64,000 nt of DNA from Octopus vulgaris (lineage: Eukaryota). The stretch covers positions 29,698,001 through 29,762,000 of the forward strand of contig OX597836.1 of NCBI GenBank assembly GCA_951406725.2, in the 5' to 3' direction. The notes under the pieces were generated by a model, which did not search any database, was not told the origin of the DNA, and saw nothing but the letters and a program-made list of their open reading frames with translations. Position numbers and translations under genes: made by a program. Shown here one piece after another: positions 25,240-39,835 of the stretch. Every line of letters starts with the position of its first letter. The stretch's first letter is position 1.

Positions 25240-26134
25240 CTTTCCTTCTAAAGGCATAAGGCCTCAAATTGTTGCATGGAAAGGGGTTAGTTGTCTGGTG
25301 TGCCAATAATTTTCCCAGCTCACCACTTTAATAATAATAATAATAATAATAAATTCTTGTATAGACAGGAGGCCAGCAATTTAGATAGGAGTATATCTGA
25401 TTATATAAATGGCAGTAATTAACTGGCACATATCAAACCCTTGAAGGATGGAGAGGTAAATTTGACCTCTGCAAGGATTTGAACACAGAACGTAGAGAGC
25501 TGGAACAAATGCCGCAAAGTATTTTGGCCCATGCTCAAACAACTCCCCTACCCTACATCCCACCCCACCCCACCCGTCTAATGACTTTGCTGGCATTAAA
25601 AGATGACTGAATGAAATAGGATTTTTTTAATGCTGGAAAGAACCATTTAAATGTCAAAGAAAAGAAGCATTCTATTTTCAGAATAAATTGTTAATAATTG
25701 GTTTCTTAAATACACACCATTAATTTATAGAAAAGGAATAAGATTGTGTGATATTATTCTCTGGTTCTTCTTCTCTTTTTTTTTTTAATTTTACGTTTTT
25801 ATGAACAATATCATTGTTGGTTGGTCGTTGCAGCTTTCTGACAAGCCAATAATTGGTTCAGTGCATTTATGATGGCAAAAAACGAGAGAGGAGAGCACCC
25901 CATTGCAACACAGACAGAACAAATACCACAAAAATATTTTTTTTTTTGTTTTGAAAGTACAGATTTATTTATTGTTTCTTTGCTATTGTTTACGTCTTTG
26001 ACTGATGTCAGACAAAGATACACATGCACACATACATGCATACATCATGTTCATCCATCCGAGTGACAAGGACCAGACAGTCGTCCTTAAGGATGACTGC
26101 TGGCTTGTCCATGACTAAGCTTCCCCAACAGATC

Positions 26135-26243
<109 letters not shown>

Positions 26244-27711
26244 TCATCATTTAACGTCCGTTTTCCACGCTAGCATGGGTTGGATGGTTCGACCGGGGTC
26301 TGGAAGCCATGGAGGCTGCACCAGGCTCCAGTCTGATCTGGCAGTGTTTCTACAGCTGGATGCCCTTCCTAACGCAAACCACTCCGTGAGTATAGTGGGT
26401 GTTTTTTACGTGCCACTGGCACAGGGGCCAGCACAGGCTGGCAAGCGGCCACGATCGGTTGGTGCTTTTACGTGTCACTGACACAGACGCCAGCCAGGCG
26501 GCGCTGGCATCTGCCACGTTCGGATGGTGCTTTTTACATGTCACCGGCACGGGTATATATATATATGTGTGTGATCACTGTGACCGACCAGGCTATCAGA
26601 TGTTGCTACACAAAGCTGGTCACAATGTGCTTCGCACAGTTTTAGCCTTCAAATGATGCCACCCCACTGGCTAAGTGAGCAGGTCAACAGAAGAAAGAGT
26701 GAGAGAAAGTTGTGGCAAAAGAGTACAGCAGGGATCACTACCACCCCCTGCTGGAGCCTCATGGAGCTTTAGGTATTTTCGCTCAATAAACACTCACAAT
26801 GCCAGGTCTGGGAATCGAAACCGCGATCCTACAGTATATGCAATGACACTGAAAAACAAAGATATGAAGTGATTACATCTCGGGTCTGCAACCAGGAATT
26901 GAAACTTAACTCTGAATGTTTCTGCAACTTTTTTTCCATTGTTTTTTGAATTTGCACTCAGAAATTTACAAGAGTCAGCTGTCAACTTCTTCACCATCCT
27001 GTGTCATGTCCTGTTCTTCTACTAAGCATGATTTGACCATGATAATCGGTGGCCCTGAAAAGAAACAAACAGTGGTGTCCTGTTGTGAGTGGAGCCTTTG
27101 ATCGAACAATGCAATGCTGCTACATCTCTTACAAATATGAATGCAAAACAAGCACAGACATATTGATTTCAAATTTAGGCACAAGACCAGCAATTTCAGG
27201 GGTGGGAGTAAGTCGATTGCATCGACCCTAGTGCTCAACTGGTACTTATTTTATTGGTGGCCCTGAAAGGATGAAAGATAAAGTTGACTTCAGCAAAATT
27301 CGAACTCACGATGTAAAGACAGATGAAGTGCTGCTAAGCATTTTGCCCAGCATGCTAATGATTCTGCCAGCTTGCCGCCCTCTGCCGGATGCCAGACATA
27401 TTAACACTAAGACAAAAATATCTTCAAAGTGAAAAGAAAGAACTTCACGGGATCTCTCTCTTTCACATTAGCAAACATATGACAGCTATTAATCCTTTTG
27501 ATACCAACCTGTCTGAGCCCCACCCTTAGTTCTATGTTACAAACTCGGTGCTTTAAAGTGTTCTAAATTGTATACCTTCCATTAAAATTACATGTGAAAA
27601 TCAAGTTCCACACACCAACTTAATAATAGCAATGTTATTGCAGTTATTTTACTAAATTCTTTATTGTTTCCAAAATTAATTCAAACAAAGGAAGTACATT
27701 TTGACAAATAT

Positions 27712-27943
27712 TCTCTTTTACCCTTTTACTCTTTTATTTGTTTCAGTCATTTGACTGTGGCCATGCTGGAGTACCGCCTCTTTTAGTTGAGCTAATTGAC
27801 CCCAGGACTTATTCTTTGTAAGCCTAGTACTTATTCTATCGGTCTCTTTTGCCGAACCACTAAGTTATGGGGAGGTAAACACACCAGCATCGGTTGTCAA
27901 GTGATGTTGGGGGGACAAACACAGACACACAAACGTATACACG

Positions 27944-27992
<49 letters not shown>

Positions 27993-28128
27993 GATGGGCT
28001 TCTTTCAGTTTCTGTCTACCAAATCCACTCACAAGGCTTTGGTCAGCCTAAGGCTATAGTAGAAGACACTCGCCCAGGGTGCCACGCAGTGGGACTGAAC
28101 CCGGGACCATGTGGTTCGTAAACAAGCT
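27712..28128 (-). mobile_element. SINE family A
   Basis: Tail, microsatellite and body match. Confidence 0.8.
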
Positions 28129-28847
28129 AACAAAATAGTTAATGTTTTTTCATTACTCCCTACCAATGTACTCTTTAAGCTGCACATTTTTGAACTTACA
28201 TATTTTATAACTAGCACATATAATGTTTTCAACCCTTAAGTAGTCGATGTATGAATGCCCTTGTATAGCTGTATGAATTACTTATATGAAAGCACTCATT
28301 AGAAGGAAGGAGCACTCCATCGGTTATGGCAATGAGGGTCTCAGCTGATATGATCAACAGAACAGCTTGCTTGTGAAATTTACGTGCAAGTGGCTGGGCA
28401 CTCCACAGACATGTGTACCCTAAATGTAGTTCTCAGGGAGATTCAGTGTGACACAAAGTGTGACAAGGCTGGCCCTTTGAAATACAGGTACTACTTATTT
28501 TTGCTATCTGAGTGAACTGGAGCAATGTGAAATAAAGTGTCTTGCTTTAGGGCACAACATGTTGCTGGGAATTGAACTCACAACTTAACAATCGTGAACC
28601 GAATGCCCTAACCACTAAGCCATGCATCTTCACTCATACTTTGCAAAGGAAGACAATATTTTTGCTCACATACATAGTGGTACTACTTTTCCTTACTATT
28701 TCTCTCACTTACTTCTTATATCATTACTCTCTCTCTCTCTCTCTCTCTTCTCTTCACTCCATCTCAGCTGTGTTGACTTAAATAAATTGAGCTACCATAG
28801 GTTCAAGAGGACCCTTTAATCTTGGCAAAAACATGACAATCACACAA

Positions 28848-29262
28848 AGGCGGTGAGCTGGCAGAAACATTAGCATGCTGGGCAAAATGCTTAGCGGTAT
28901 TTCATCTGCCACTATGTTCTGAGTTCAAATTCCGCCAAGGTCAACTTTGCCTTTCATTCTTTCAAAGTCAATAAATTAAGTACCAGTTACGCACTGGGGT
29001 TGATCTAATCAACTTAATCCCTTTGTCTGTCCTTGTTTGTCCTCTCTGTGTTTAGCCCCTTGTGGGTAGTAAAGAAATAGATATTTCGTCTGCCACTATG
29101 TTCTGAGTTCAAATTCTGCCGAGGTCAACTTTGCCTTTCATCCTTTCGGGGTTAATAAATTAAGTACCAGTTACGCACTGGGGTCAATATAATCAACTCA
29201 ATCCCTTTGTCTGTCCTTGTTTGCCCCCTCTATGTTTAGCCCCTTGTGGGCAATAAAGAAAT
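28848..29262 (+). mobile_element. SINE family B dimer
   Basis: One head; the second unit restarts after aaagaaatag at ~29081. Confidence 0.85.
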
Positions 29263-29779
29263 AAAAAACATGACAACCACTCTAATGTTGGTGCCATATA
29301 AAATGCACCTTGTTTGTTCAAATATGATTGGCTGCAATATATGTCAATAGGTACGTTGGATAACTGCATGGGTGTCCTATTGCTAGCCATGCTAACATTA
29401 CCAAATATGGTAATAATAACAATATCTGGATTTTGTCTCAGACTGAAATGCTTTAAGATTGAATCTGGAAAGTGATCCATTACACATGTTTCAAATCCAA
29501 TTTTTTTCCAAACGATTCTTATTGAAAATAACAAATGGAACTTAAATTCAACATGGCTCAGTTGTTTTAGGGAAATCTGTCTAGGATTTCTACAAAGAAA
29601 ATTGATCAGCATTTGATATTATTTAGTGCTCCACATACACATACTTACCATTCTATACCAGCAAGCAACCAGCCTAATGTGTGTTCATGGTTGCACAGAT
29701 GTAAGATTAAAAAAATTTTTATGAGAGTGTGTGAGATAAATTAAATGAGCCTATGAAGATATATGTATTTCCGGTAATG

Positions 29780-29796
29780 CTATATATCTATATATG

Positions 29797-29839
<43 letters not shown>

Positions 29840-29948
29840 GTGTGTGCCTATGTGTGTGTATATGTATGTATGTATATATATATGTGTATGTGTGTATGTG
29901 TATGTATGTATGCATATATATATATACATGTGTGTGTATATATATTTG

Positions 29949-30022
<74 letters not shown>

Positions 30023-31370
30023 TGCATACATGCATATATATATGCATATACATATGCATGTGAATGCACGTGTGTATATATATATCATTACCATCATCAT
30101 CATCATCATCATCGTCATCATTATCATCATCATTTAACGTCTGCCTTCTATGTTGGCATGAACATATGGATATATATATGTGTGTGTGTGTGTATGTGTC
30201 TCTCTCACTCTCTCTCTGTATATATATATATATACACATACACACACATATATATATACACACACACTTAAATATACATAAATATAAGTGTAAGTTTAAA
30301 TAACTACTTATATGTAAATGTATATACATACATGTAAATGCACACCCGCACACGCACACACACATTCACATACATATGTGTAAAGGATTTAATAAACGTT
30401 CAAAAGATTAGAAACTGATACCTCACTCATAGTTAAAAGGTATCGTGATAAAGTTCACGGTTTTCAGCTTGTAAACCGATAGTTTTCCCCTTTACTTCAA
30501 AACCTTACATACTTTATTTTATTTTTTACATAACCGTCATTTAGTTATATGAAGGGAAATATCAACTTGAATAACAATTTTGTAGCTGCAGGAGTTAGCA
30601 GACGTTCACGCCATTTGTTTTAAGGACGAGATTAAAGATGAAATAATTCACTAAGTTTTTTAACATCAGTTCAACATTTTATAAATAAATAAATTTATAA
30701 AATAATGTCATTCTTGTACGTACGTATGAATGTATGTATGTATGTATGTATGTATGTATGTATGTATGTATGTATGTATGTATGTATGTGTGTGTGTATG
30801 TGTATGTATGTTTGTATGTATGTATGTATGTTTGTATGTATGTGTGTGTGTATGTATGTATATGTTTGTATGTATGTATGTATGTTTGTATATATGTATG
30901 TATGTATGTATGTGTGCGTGTATGTATGTATGTATGTATGTATGCATATGCATGTATGTATGTATGTATATGTGCGTGTATGTATGTATGTATGTATGCA
31001 TATGCATGTATGTATGTATGCATGTATGTGTGTATGTAGGTATGTATGGGTGTGTATGTATGTATGTATGCATGTATGTGTGTATGTAGGTATGTATGTA
31101 GGTATGCAGGCATGCATGTATGCGTTTGTGTATGAGTGTGTGCGTGAGCGCGTTCATGCATGTATGTGTGCGTATGTATATGTATGTAAGTGTATGTATG
31201 TACGCATGTGTGTATTTATATGTATGCGCGTATACGTATGTATGTTTGTATTATGTACGTGTATTATGTATGTATTATATACGTGTGTATGTATGTATGT
31301 ATGTATGTAAGTATGTATGTATGTATGTATGCATGTATGTATGTATGTGCGTATATGTGTGCGTGTGTGT
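29780..31370. repeat. Compound microsatellite block: (TA)n/(TG)n/(CAT)n at 29780-30380 and (TATG)n at 30720-31370
   Basis: Directly visible; source of the many YI/CV/HT ORFs. Confidence 0.95.
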
Positions 31371-32288
31371 TGTGGTTGCTTTGCCTCAGATCCGTTCTTA
31401 TCGAGCAGACTTATGATCAAACCAATTTCAGCTTTGATCATGTCGCCTTTTTATTTGATTATTTAACTATTTATTTACTTTTTTTTTTTTTTTTTACTTT
31501 TCAGATATTGTCTATTGAGAACTACAAGATCCAGGGTAATTTTTCCCCTTTAAAACAAATATAGGCTGTGAGGAGAGTTGGCTGCTATTTCTCCCAAACC
31601 GAACGAGCATGTATTCAGAGCCATCTTAGCTAGGTAATTTATGGAATGCACTGAGCCCTGTTGTGAGTTCAACTTCCGTCGAAGTCGACTTTGCCTTTCA
31701 TCCTTTCGGGGTCGATAAATTAAGTACCAGTTACGTACTGGGGTCGATGTAATCGACTTAATACCTATGTCTGTCCTTGTTTGTCTCCTCTGTGTTTAGC
31801 CCCTTGTGGGTAATAAAGAAATATGTACTATTTATCTAGTGACAGCAACTCATATCTTACATAGACCAGAATTAGGCCCCAAAACCCGTGGAGCCCCTTC
31901 ATCCTGGTCAACTGCCCAGTGTGCGCATGCCAAAAGGTAGCACCGCATGTAAAGATTCCTTTTTTTTGTTAGATCTGACTCGTCTAAATATTTAATTAGA
32001 GCGCCAGTAACTACATGGATAGAACACCGGAAAACTGGTAGAGAGATCAATGGCTAAGAGAGGATTATATGTCCGTCTGTCAGGGAGATGAGGGCCATCA
32101 AGTTATTCTTAAAGATAACTGATGTCTTGCGCGGTGACTTTGTTTAAAATGAAGAGTTGCGCAGTCAACCTTAATCTATCGTCCGTGTCCATTTCAGTCC
32201 AGTGGCAAGACCAGGCCAAGACGGCTGGGGATGGAGACGGATGTGGTGGATGACCAATATGTCATACTTACCTGATCTTGCTCTCTGC

Positions 32289-32369
32289 GGATCTTTTCGC
32301 TTTGACCGGCAGATTTTTAAAATAATTTCTTTGTAACTAAACACTGAGGATCTTAAAGTGAAAAGATCC
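32289..32369. mobile_element. 81-bp mini-MITE of the GGATC-TIR family
   Basis: ggatcttttc...gaaaagatcc with 8-bp TSD ctctctgc; empty paralogous site near 5010-5025. Confidence 0.85.
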
Positions 32370-33915
32370 CTCTCTGCACTCTACAATACGTTGCTACAGC
32401 TGCTTTCTCTGTTGAACTATGAAGGCTTCCTCCGCAGCCTGCCAAATCCGGTCTTCACATGCATAGGTAAGCAATCCCTAATTACTCTTTTTTTTTTTTT
32501 TACTCTTTTTTTTTTTTTTTTACTTGTTTCAGTCATTTGACTGCGGCCATGCTGGAGCACCGCCTTTAGTCGAGCAAATCGACCCCGGGACTTATTCTAT
32601 CGGTCTCTTTTTGCCGAACCGCTAAGTTACGGGGACGTAAACACACCAGCATCGGTTGTCAAGCAATGCTAGGGGAACAAACACAGACACACACACATAT
32701 TCACACACACACTTATATATATATATACATATATACGACAGGCTTCTTTCAGTTTCCGTCTACCAAATCCACTCACAAGGCATTGGTCGGCCCGGGGCTA
32801 TAGCAGAAGACACGTGCCCAAGATGTCACGCAATGGGACTGAACCCGGAACCATGTGGTTGGTTAGCAAGCTACTTACCAAACAGCCACTCCTGCGCCTA
32901 TACCAAACAGCCACTCCTGCGCCTATAGTCACTCCTGCGCCTAATATGTAATTAACTCACAACTGGAACCCTAATAGTTGCTACTACTCCAGGTGATTGT
33001 AGACCTGGAAGTAATAGTGGCTAAAGAGTGATTCCACACTCCTCAAAACCCTGGAACTCCCCAAAACCCAGTCCCCACTACCTACGGCAAAATTAAAAGT
33101 GCCGCATCTTTAAAAGTGCCGCCCGGAGCGGACCCACACCCCCAACCGCAGCTACGCTAGTGGTAGTAACTACAATATAGCTTAACCCAAAGTTAGTTTT
33201 GATTGAGTACACTTATGGCTAAAGGTATTTGCTGTGACCATCTCGTTTCTTTCTAGGTATAGTATATTCAAAACTACATTAGCCAATGTCACGTCTTGAA
33301 CTGAAATACATCTGCTAATATTTCCGTAACTCTTTCTGTATCTTTTTTTATTTTTATTTGTTTATTAACTGTTATTATTATTATTATTATTATTTTTTTT
33401 TTTTTTTTTTTGCAGTATCATATACAATTAACGGGTCTTTTCAATCTCGTGACTGAGATTGAAAATATCTTTTCATCGACCCCGAAAGGATAAAAGGCAT
33501 TGTCGACCTCTGCAGAATATGAACTCAGAGCATAAAGGCGGACGAAATGCCGCTAAGCATTTTGCCCGGCGCGGTAACGATTTTGCCATCTCGCCGTCTT
33601 TATTGTACCATATATATATAGGCTTAAAATTTTCGCACAAGGCCAGCTGTTTCGGGGGAAGGTAGTAAGCCGATTATTTCGACCTCAGTGTTCAACTGGT
33701 ACTTATTTCATTGTCCCCGAAAGGGTGAAAGGCAAAATCGACTTCGGCGGAACTAGGATTCAAAACGAAAAGACGGTCCAAATGTCGCTAAACAGTTTTC
33801 CCGGCACGGTAACGATTCCACCAGCTCGCTGCTTTCCTTAATATTGCACTAAATATGGCTTTAGCCGGATTTCCATAAATTACCTTTACAATTTGAAAAA
33901 TTAAGAAAAAAAAAA

Positions 33916-34560
33916 GGTGTAGGAGTGGCTGTGTGGTATGTAGCTTGCTTACCAACCACATGGTCCCGGGTTCAGTCCCACTGCGTGGCACCTTGGGCAA
34001 GTGTCTTCTACTGTAGCCGCGGGCCGACCAAAGCCTTGTGAGTGGATTTGGTAGACGGAAACTGAAAGAAGCCCGTCGCATATATGTATATATATATGTG
34101 TATGTGTGTGTATATGTTTGTGTGTCTGTATTTATCGAGCTAGCAGAAGCGTTAGCACGCCGGGCGAAATGCTTTGCGGTACTTCGTCTGCCGTTACGTT
34201 GTGAGTTCAAATTCCGCCGAGGTCGACTTTGCCTTTCATCCATTCGGGGTCGATAAATTAAGTACTAGTTACGCACTGGGGTCGATGTAATCGACATAAT
34301 ACCTAAGTCTGTCCTTGTTTGTCCCCTCCGTGTTTAGCCCCTTATGGATAATAAAGAAATATGTATTTATCCCCCACCCCACCAACATTGCTTGACAACC
34401 GATGCTGGTGTGTTTACGTCCCCGTAACTTAGCGGTTCGGCAAAAGCGACCGATAGAATAAGTACTGGGCTTACAAAGAACAATTCCTGGGGTCGACTAA
34501 AGGCGGTGCTCCAGCATGGCCACAGTCAAATGACTGAAAAGAGTAAAAGAGAGTAAAGAG
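33916..34560 (+). mobile_element. SINE family A with nested SINE family B (~34137-34363)
   Basis: Family A is interrupted after its microsatellite and resumes at ~34365. Confidence 0.8.
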
Positions 34561-35557
34561 GATAACGCGGCAGATTATGGGCAACCAATGGAGCCCACGT
34601 GGAAGTGTTCTGATGCTTCTAATAAAACTTTATCTGCTTGCTTTTATTTTCCAATAAACTTTGCTGAGTTATTCTTTTTTCTGAATTTTCCAAATTGCAA
34701 AGATAATTTATGGACATCCTGTATATCGCTATCGTATCAAATATGTTGTGTTGTATCGTTATGGATTTGCTATTTCGATACTGTGTCAAATATATCATTA
34801 TTGTATCACATATACAGTTAATATATATAAAAATAAATAGTTTTTTTTAATTAAACTGTGGTTGTATTCTTATTAGCATGCATGTCACAACATGGAATGT
34901 GTGAGGGGGGAGGGAGAGAGAGAGGAGAGAGAATGTGTATGTGGGAGAGGGAGGGAGAGAGTGCATGTGTGTGAGAAAGGAGGGGGGACAGAGAGAGGAG
35001 AGAGAATGTGTATATGGGAGAGGGAGGGAGAGAGTGCATGTGTGTGAGAAAGGAGGGAGGGATAAAGAGAGGAGAGAGAGAGAGAGAGATTATTGAAAGG
35101 GCCTATACAAAATGTTGAAATACAGGCTTGGACCCGTCTTATTTTATCAGTTCTTCATTTAAAGTGGATCCTGATAAAATAGGTTTCGTATAGAAAAGTG
35201 TACACTGATTTTCTGAATACCATAAGTGTGCATGTGTGTGCGTGTGTGTGTGTGTGCATGTCCGCGTGTGTATCTGTGTATGTGTGCTCGCGCATGCATC
35301 CATGCGTGCGTGTGTGCGAGGCCGACCTAAGTAATGACGAAAGGATTAAACTTTAAACGTTCTCTTTTGTCCTGAGCATGAATAACTATTTATGTCGAGT
35401 CTTGTTAAATTTCCTGTTTCCAAATTATGACCTCCCCAACACCAACGCCACCGCCACCACTTTAATAGTCTTAATCCTTGATCTACTCTCTATATATTGT
35501 ATGTGTATGTATGTACTGTAGTATTTGCTTCTGAATCCTGTTCCTGTCTTCTTTCCT

Positions 35558-35864
35558 GGAAACGTATGAGTCTCTCCTGGTCGAGCCGATATTTCTCTGC
35601 ACTGAGAGATCACAGCTCCGGTATTACGATCATATGACTAGAATGTCACTAGATAGAATCGCAAGGCGGGTTGCTCAAGCCATGTCAACCGACAAGAGAC
35701 CTACGGTTAGACCAAGAACGAGATGGTTGGGTAATTATACATAGTCTCAGTTGGGGATCTGCTTCTGGTAGGACCCTAAGCAGGATGTGCCTCAAAACTC
35801 TACACCTAACAATCCTCCCTGGAGTATAAGGACAGAGAACATGGATGGATGGACGGATGGATGG
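35558..35864 (+). mobile_element. RTE-clade (Rex3/Expander-like) LINE 3' fragment with (GGAT)n tail
   Basis: Frame VEPIFLCTERSQLRYYDHMTRMSLDRIARRV..KRPTVRPRTRWLG resembles EPLLL.IERSQLRW.GH..RM...RPRGRPRTRW; ends atggatggatgg. Confidence 0.8.
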
Positions 35865-36083
35865 TTTTTATTCCTTTACTTGTTTCAGTCATTTGACTGC
35901 GGCCATGCTGGGGCACCGTCTTGAAGATTTTTTTAGTCGACTGAATTGACCCCAATACTTATTTTTTAAAAAAATAAGCCTGGTACTTACTCTATCGAAC
36001 TCTTTTGCCGGGAACGCAAACACACCAACACCGGTTGTCAAGCGATGGTAGGGGGACAAACACAGACACAAATATATATAACA

Positions 36084-36481
36084 CTAGCAGTATCGCCCGG
36101 CGTTGCTCGGGTTTCTAAGGGAAATAACTATATAAGCATTTTTAGAGAGTTATAGCCAAAGAATAGCAAAAAAATGCATTGAAAATGGGAAAAAATGATT
36201 GTAAATTTTTTTTTAAATCGTTGACTCATCGTAGACATTTTTAGAGAGTTACTCCCCTTATATAATAGCGAAAAAATGCATTAAAATGGAAAAAAATTAT
36301 GGTAAATTATTTTTTAAATCGTAGACTCATCGTAGACGCGCGCTAATACCCAGAAGGGCTCGATATGAATCACGACTATAAGATACCCGGTTTTGGTTAA
36401 ACTGCACCGCAAAATGTGGGAGTAGTTAGGAATCTAAATCGTAGGAGACATGACACACAACTTGACTTTTATATATAAAGA
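36084..36481 (-). mobile_element. Non-autonomous Helitron (second copy) nested in a minus-strand family A SINE (35868-36645)
   Basis: a|ctagcagtatcgcccggcgttgctcggg ... atatataaaga|t; reverse complement of 11881-12266. Confidence 0.85.
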
Positions 36482-36870
36482 TATATGACGGACTTCTTTC
36501 AGTTTCCGCCTACCAAATCCACCCACGAGGCTCTGGTCGGTCCGGTGCTATAGTAGCAGACACTTGCCCACGGTGTCACGCAGTGGAACTGAACCTGGAA
36601 CCATGTAATTGAGAAACAAACTTCTTATCCCACAGCCACGCCTCTGATGAATCACTTACAGCCATTGTTTCACAGCAACAGAAAAGCACTTAATAACACT
36701 TAATAACAGAAAGTGTTCATATCTAAACAAACGTAGCAACTCGAACTGCTAGAAATAACAGTCAAATTTTCATCACATCAAAGCTGACTATCTTGGTAAA
36801 GGAAAGGATAGACGCAATGGTCATAAGAAGAATGCATTTCATCATATATCTGGTCGATTAGAATTAACCT

Positions 36871-37277
36871 GGCAGAAACGTTAGCACGCCGGGCGAAATA
36901 CTTAGCGGTATTTCGTCTGTCGTTACGCTGTGAGTTCAAATTCCGCTAAGGTCGACTTTGCCTTTCATCCTTTCGGGGTCGATAAATTAAGTACCAGTTA
37001 CTCACTGTGGTCGATGTAATCGACTTAATCTGTGTGTCTGTCCTTGTTTGTTCCCTCTGTGTTTAGCCCCTTGTGGGTAGTAAAGAAATAGGTATTTCGT
37101 CTGTCGTTACGTTGTGAGTTCAAATTCCGCCGAGGTCGACTTTGCCTTTCATCCTTTCGGGGTCGATAAATTAAGTACCAGTTATGCACTGGGGTTAATA
37201 TAATCGACTTAATACCTATGTCTGACCTTGTTTGTCCCCTCTATGTTTAGCACCTTGTGGGTAATAAAGAAATAGGT
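36871..37277 (+). mobile_element. SINE family B dimer
   Basis: Junction aaagaaatag|gtatttcgtc at ~37091. Confidence 0.85.
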
Positions 37278-37735
37278 ATAAACGACAATAACAGCTGTTG
37301 TTCGTTTGTTCGAGTCTTTGTGCACAGTGTTAAGGTTTCGAACTGTCATTTACACGACGTAGCCATTCGGCTGTTTCAAGCTGACAGAGAGTGAGATCTG
37401 TTTAATTAAAACAATGCCTTTAGTTGGCTGGTTGTTACGGACAACACATAAAGTGATATTTACCAAGTGATCTGAATGTATAAAAAAAAAAAGCAACAAG
37501 AAGTGTTCGGTCAAGCATAAAGGTAATTGTCTTAAAGTAGTCAAAAGTTTCGTCATATAATTGAGGAGTGGGGTGGGATGGACTTTCATTGTTTTCTTTT
37601 TTTATTATCTGTATTCAAAAACGGAGAGGAATGGAGCGTTTAAAATGGAAAAAAGATGGTTGAGCTTAACACTGGTTGGTGTCTAGTTTACGGGGAAAAT
37701 ATTGCTAAAAATTTAATAAAAAGTTAACCCTTTGC

Positions 37736-37777
<42 letters not shown>

Positions 37778-37909
37778 AGGGAGTCGATTACATCGACCCC
37801 AGTACTTGATAATACTTATGTTATCGACCCCGAAAGGATGAAAGGCAAAGTCGACCTCGGTGGAATGTGAACGTAAAGACGGACGAAATGCCGCTAAGCT
37901 AACGATTCT

Positions 37910-38440
37910 TATTTCTTTATTACCCACAAGGGGCTAAACATAAAGGGGACAAACAAGGACAGACAAACGGATTAAGTCGATTACATCGACTCCAGTGCAT
38001 AACTGGTACTTAATTTATCGACCCCCGAAAGGACTAAAGGAAAAATCGACCCCGGCGGAATTTGAACTCAGAACGTAGTGGCAGACGAAATACCTCTTTC
38101 TTTATTGCCCACAAGGGGCTAAACATAGAGGGAACAAACAAGGACAGACAAACGGATTAAGTCGATTGTATCGACCTCAGTGCGTCACTGGTACTTAATT
38201 TATCAACCCTGAAAGGATGAAAGGCAAAGTCGACCTCAGAACGTAGCGGCAGACGAAATACCTATTTCTTTATTGCCCACAAGGGGATAAACACAGAGGG
38301 GACAAACAAGGACAGACAAACGGATTAAGTCGATTCCATCGACCCCAGTGCATAACTGGTACTTAATTTATCGACCCCGAAAGGATGAAAGGCTAAGCAT
38401 TTCGCCCGGCGTGCTAACGTTTCTGCCAGCGCGCCGCCTC
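37910..38440 (-). mobile_element. SINE family B trimer with internal deletions
   Basis: Three units joined at the gaaatacc|tatttc-type junction. Confidence 0.8.
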
Positions 38441-38513
38441 ACATAAAAGCTATAAATAATAGCATATGAATATTGCGTTGAAAATCGTTTTTAGACAAAA
38501 AAAAAGAAAACAA

Positions 38514-38943
38514 GGCAATCTTTCGTCTCTAGTAGACCTTTCCGTCGATTTCCGTAAAAAAAATTTTATTTTACATATGGGCTTGCGGGAACTTTTGAAA
38601 TAATGAGAGCGAAAGAGACTAAGAGAAAGCGATTGTATGACGAGGGAAGTTCTTTTGAAGTTACCGTGCATGGCAAGCATTGATGTACATGTGTGTGTGT
38701 GTGTGTGTGTGTGTTTGATGGGGTGTGGAAGACAGACAGTATGTTTTGTAAGTGAAGTGCTTCTGTTAGTGTGTGTGAAGAGACAGAGTAATGTGTGAAA
38801 GAAAGAGATAACTGAAATTTTTTACTCGGTGTATGTGTATATGTATGTATATTACTTCAAAAGTTCCCGCAAGCCCATATGTAAAAAAAAAATTTTTTTT
38901 TACGGAAATCGACGGAAAGGTCTACTAGAGACGGAAGATCGCC
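38514..38943. mobile_element. MITE with ~90-bp TIRs (GGCGATC...), 8-bp TSD, Merlin-like
   Basis: TSD gaaaacaa on both sides; second copy at 55669-56075. Confidence 0.88.
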
Positions 38944-39835
38944 GAAAACAAAATCGAACTGTTTTTGCTCAAGAACAAAATGTACTGCAAGGTCTGAGAA
39001 TAGGGGTCGAAACCACGACCTTGCGATCGTGAATCCAACACCACCAACCACCAGAACACATTCGTTCATTGACTCACAGTTTCATATAAAAGTTATAATT
39101 GATTTGAGCGTTTCTCGTTAATTTCCTTTTAAGAGCCACACTTAATCTCCCACCACTGCTGCTGCTTAACTCAGCTTGAGTGCTCATCCACTTATACTAT
39201 TCTGATATTTATCAAGCTTTATTTTAGATCAAAAGTAAAATATCCTCCTGACCTATCCTTTTACCTCAGGCCTAATCTTGACATAAACCTGATACGGAAG
39301 TTTCAAGCGAATACGGATTTACTGAAGTGAATAATAATGTATCGTCAGAGTTCGTGTCGTACAGGATGTGAGCGAAAAAGCGTTTACACACCTAATAAAT
39401 TCAGTCATTAAATTTTTTTTTTATCTTTATCATTAAAAAACTTATGTTGTATTCTCTAGCAGTTTTATAATGAATTAATAATAGATATTGAACTGCACGG
39501 GTGATACTGCATTATAGCCATGGACCTCGGGCTGAAACAAGTAAAAGGATAAAAAAAATACGTCTGTGTATATGTGGGATCTTTTCGCTTTGACCGGCAG
39601 ATTTTTAAAATAATTTCTTTGTAACTAAACACTTTTAAAGATCCATGTGTGTGTATGAGTGTTTGTGTGTGTGTGTGTGTGGGGGGGGGGTTTAAATAAT
39701 ATATGCTGCCAGGGTCGACTTTGCCGTTTATCCTTTCGGGACTACCAGCTGAACGGTGGGGGGTCGATGTAATCGACTTACCCCAAATCCCGAAAGTGCT
39801 GGCCTCGTGCTAAAATCTGAAACCGACATTTATAT

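Noticed and set aside
29751-31564. Long ORFs of 100-200 aa
   Set aside because: Translations of (TA)n, (TG)n and (TATG)n microsatellites.
35136-35184. Small hairpin ttattttatcag/ctgataaaatag as a pre-miRNA
   Set aside because: Short AT-rich stem and poor loop geometry; cannot be supported without reads.
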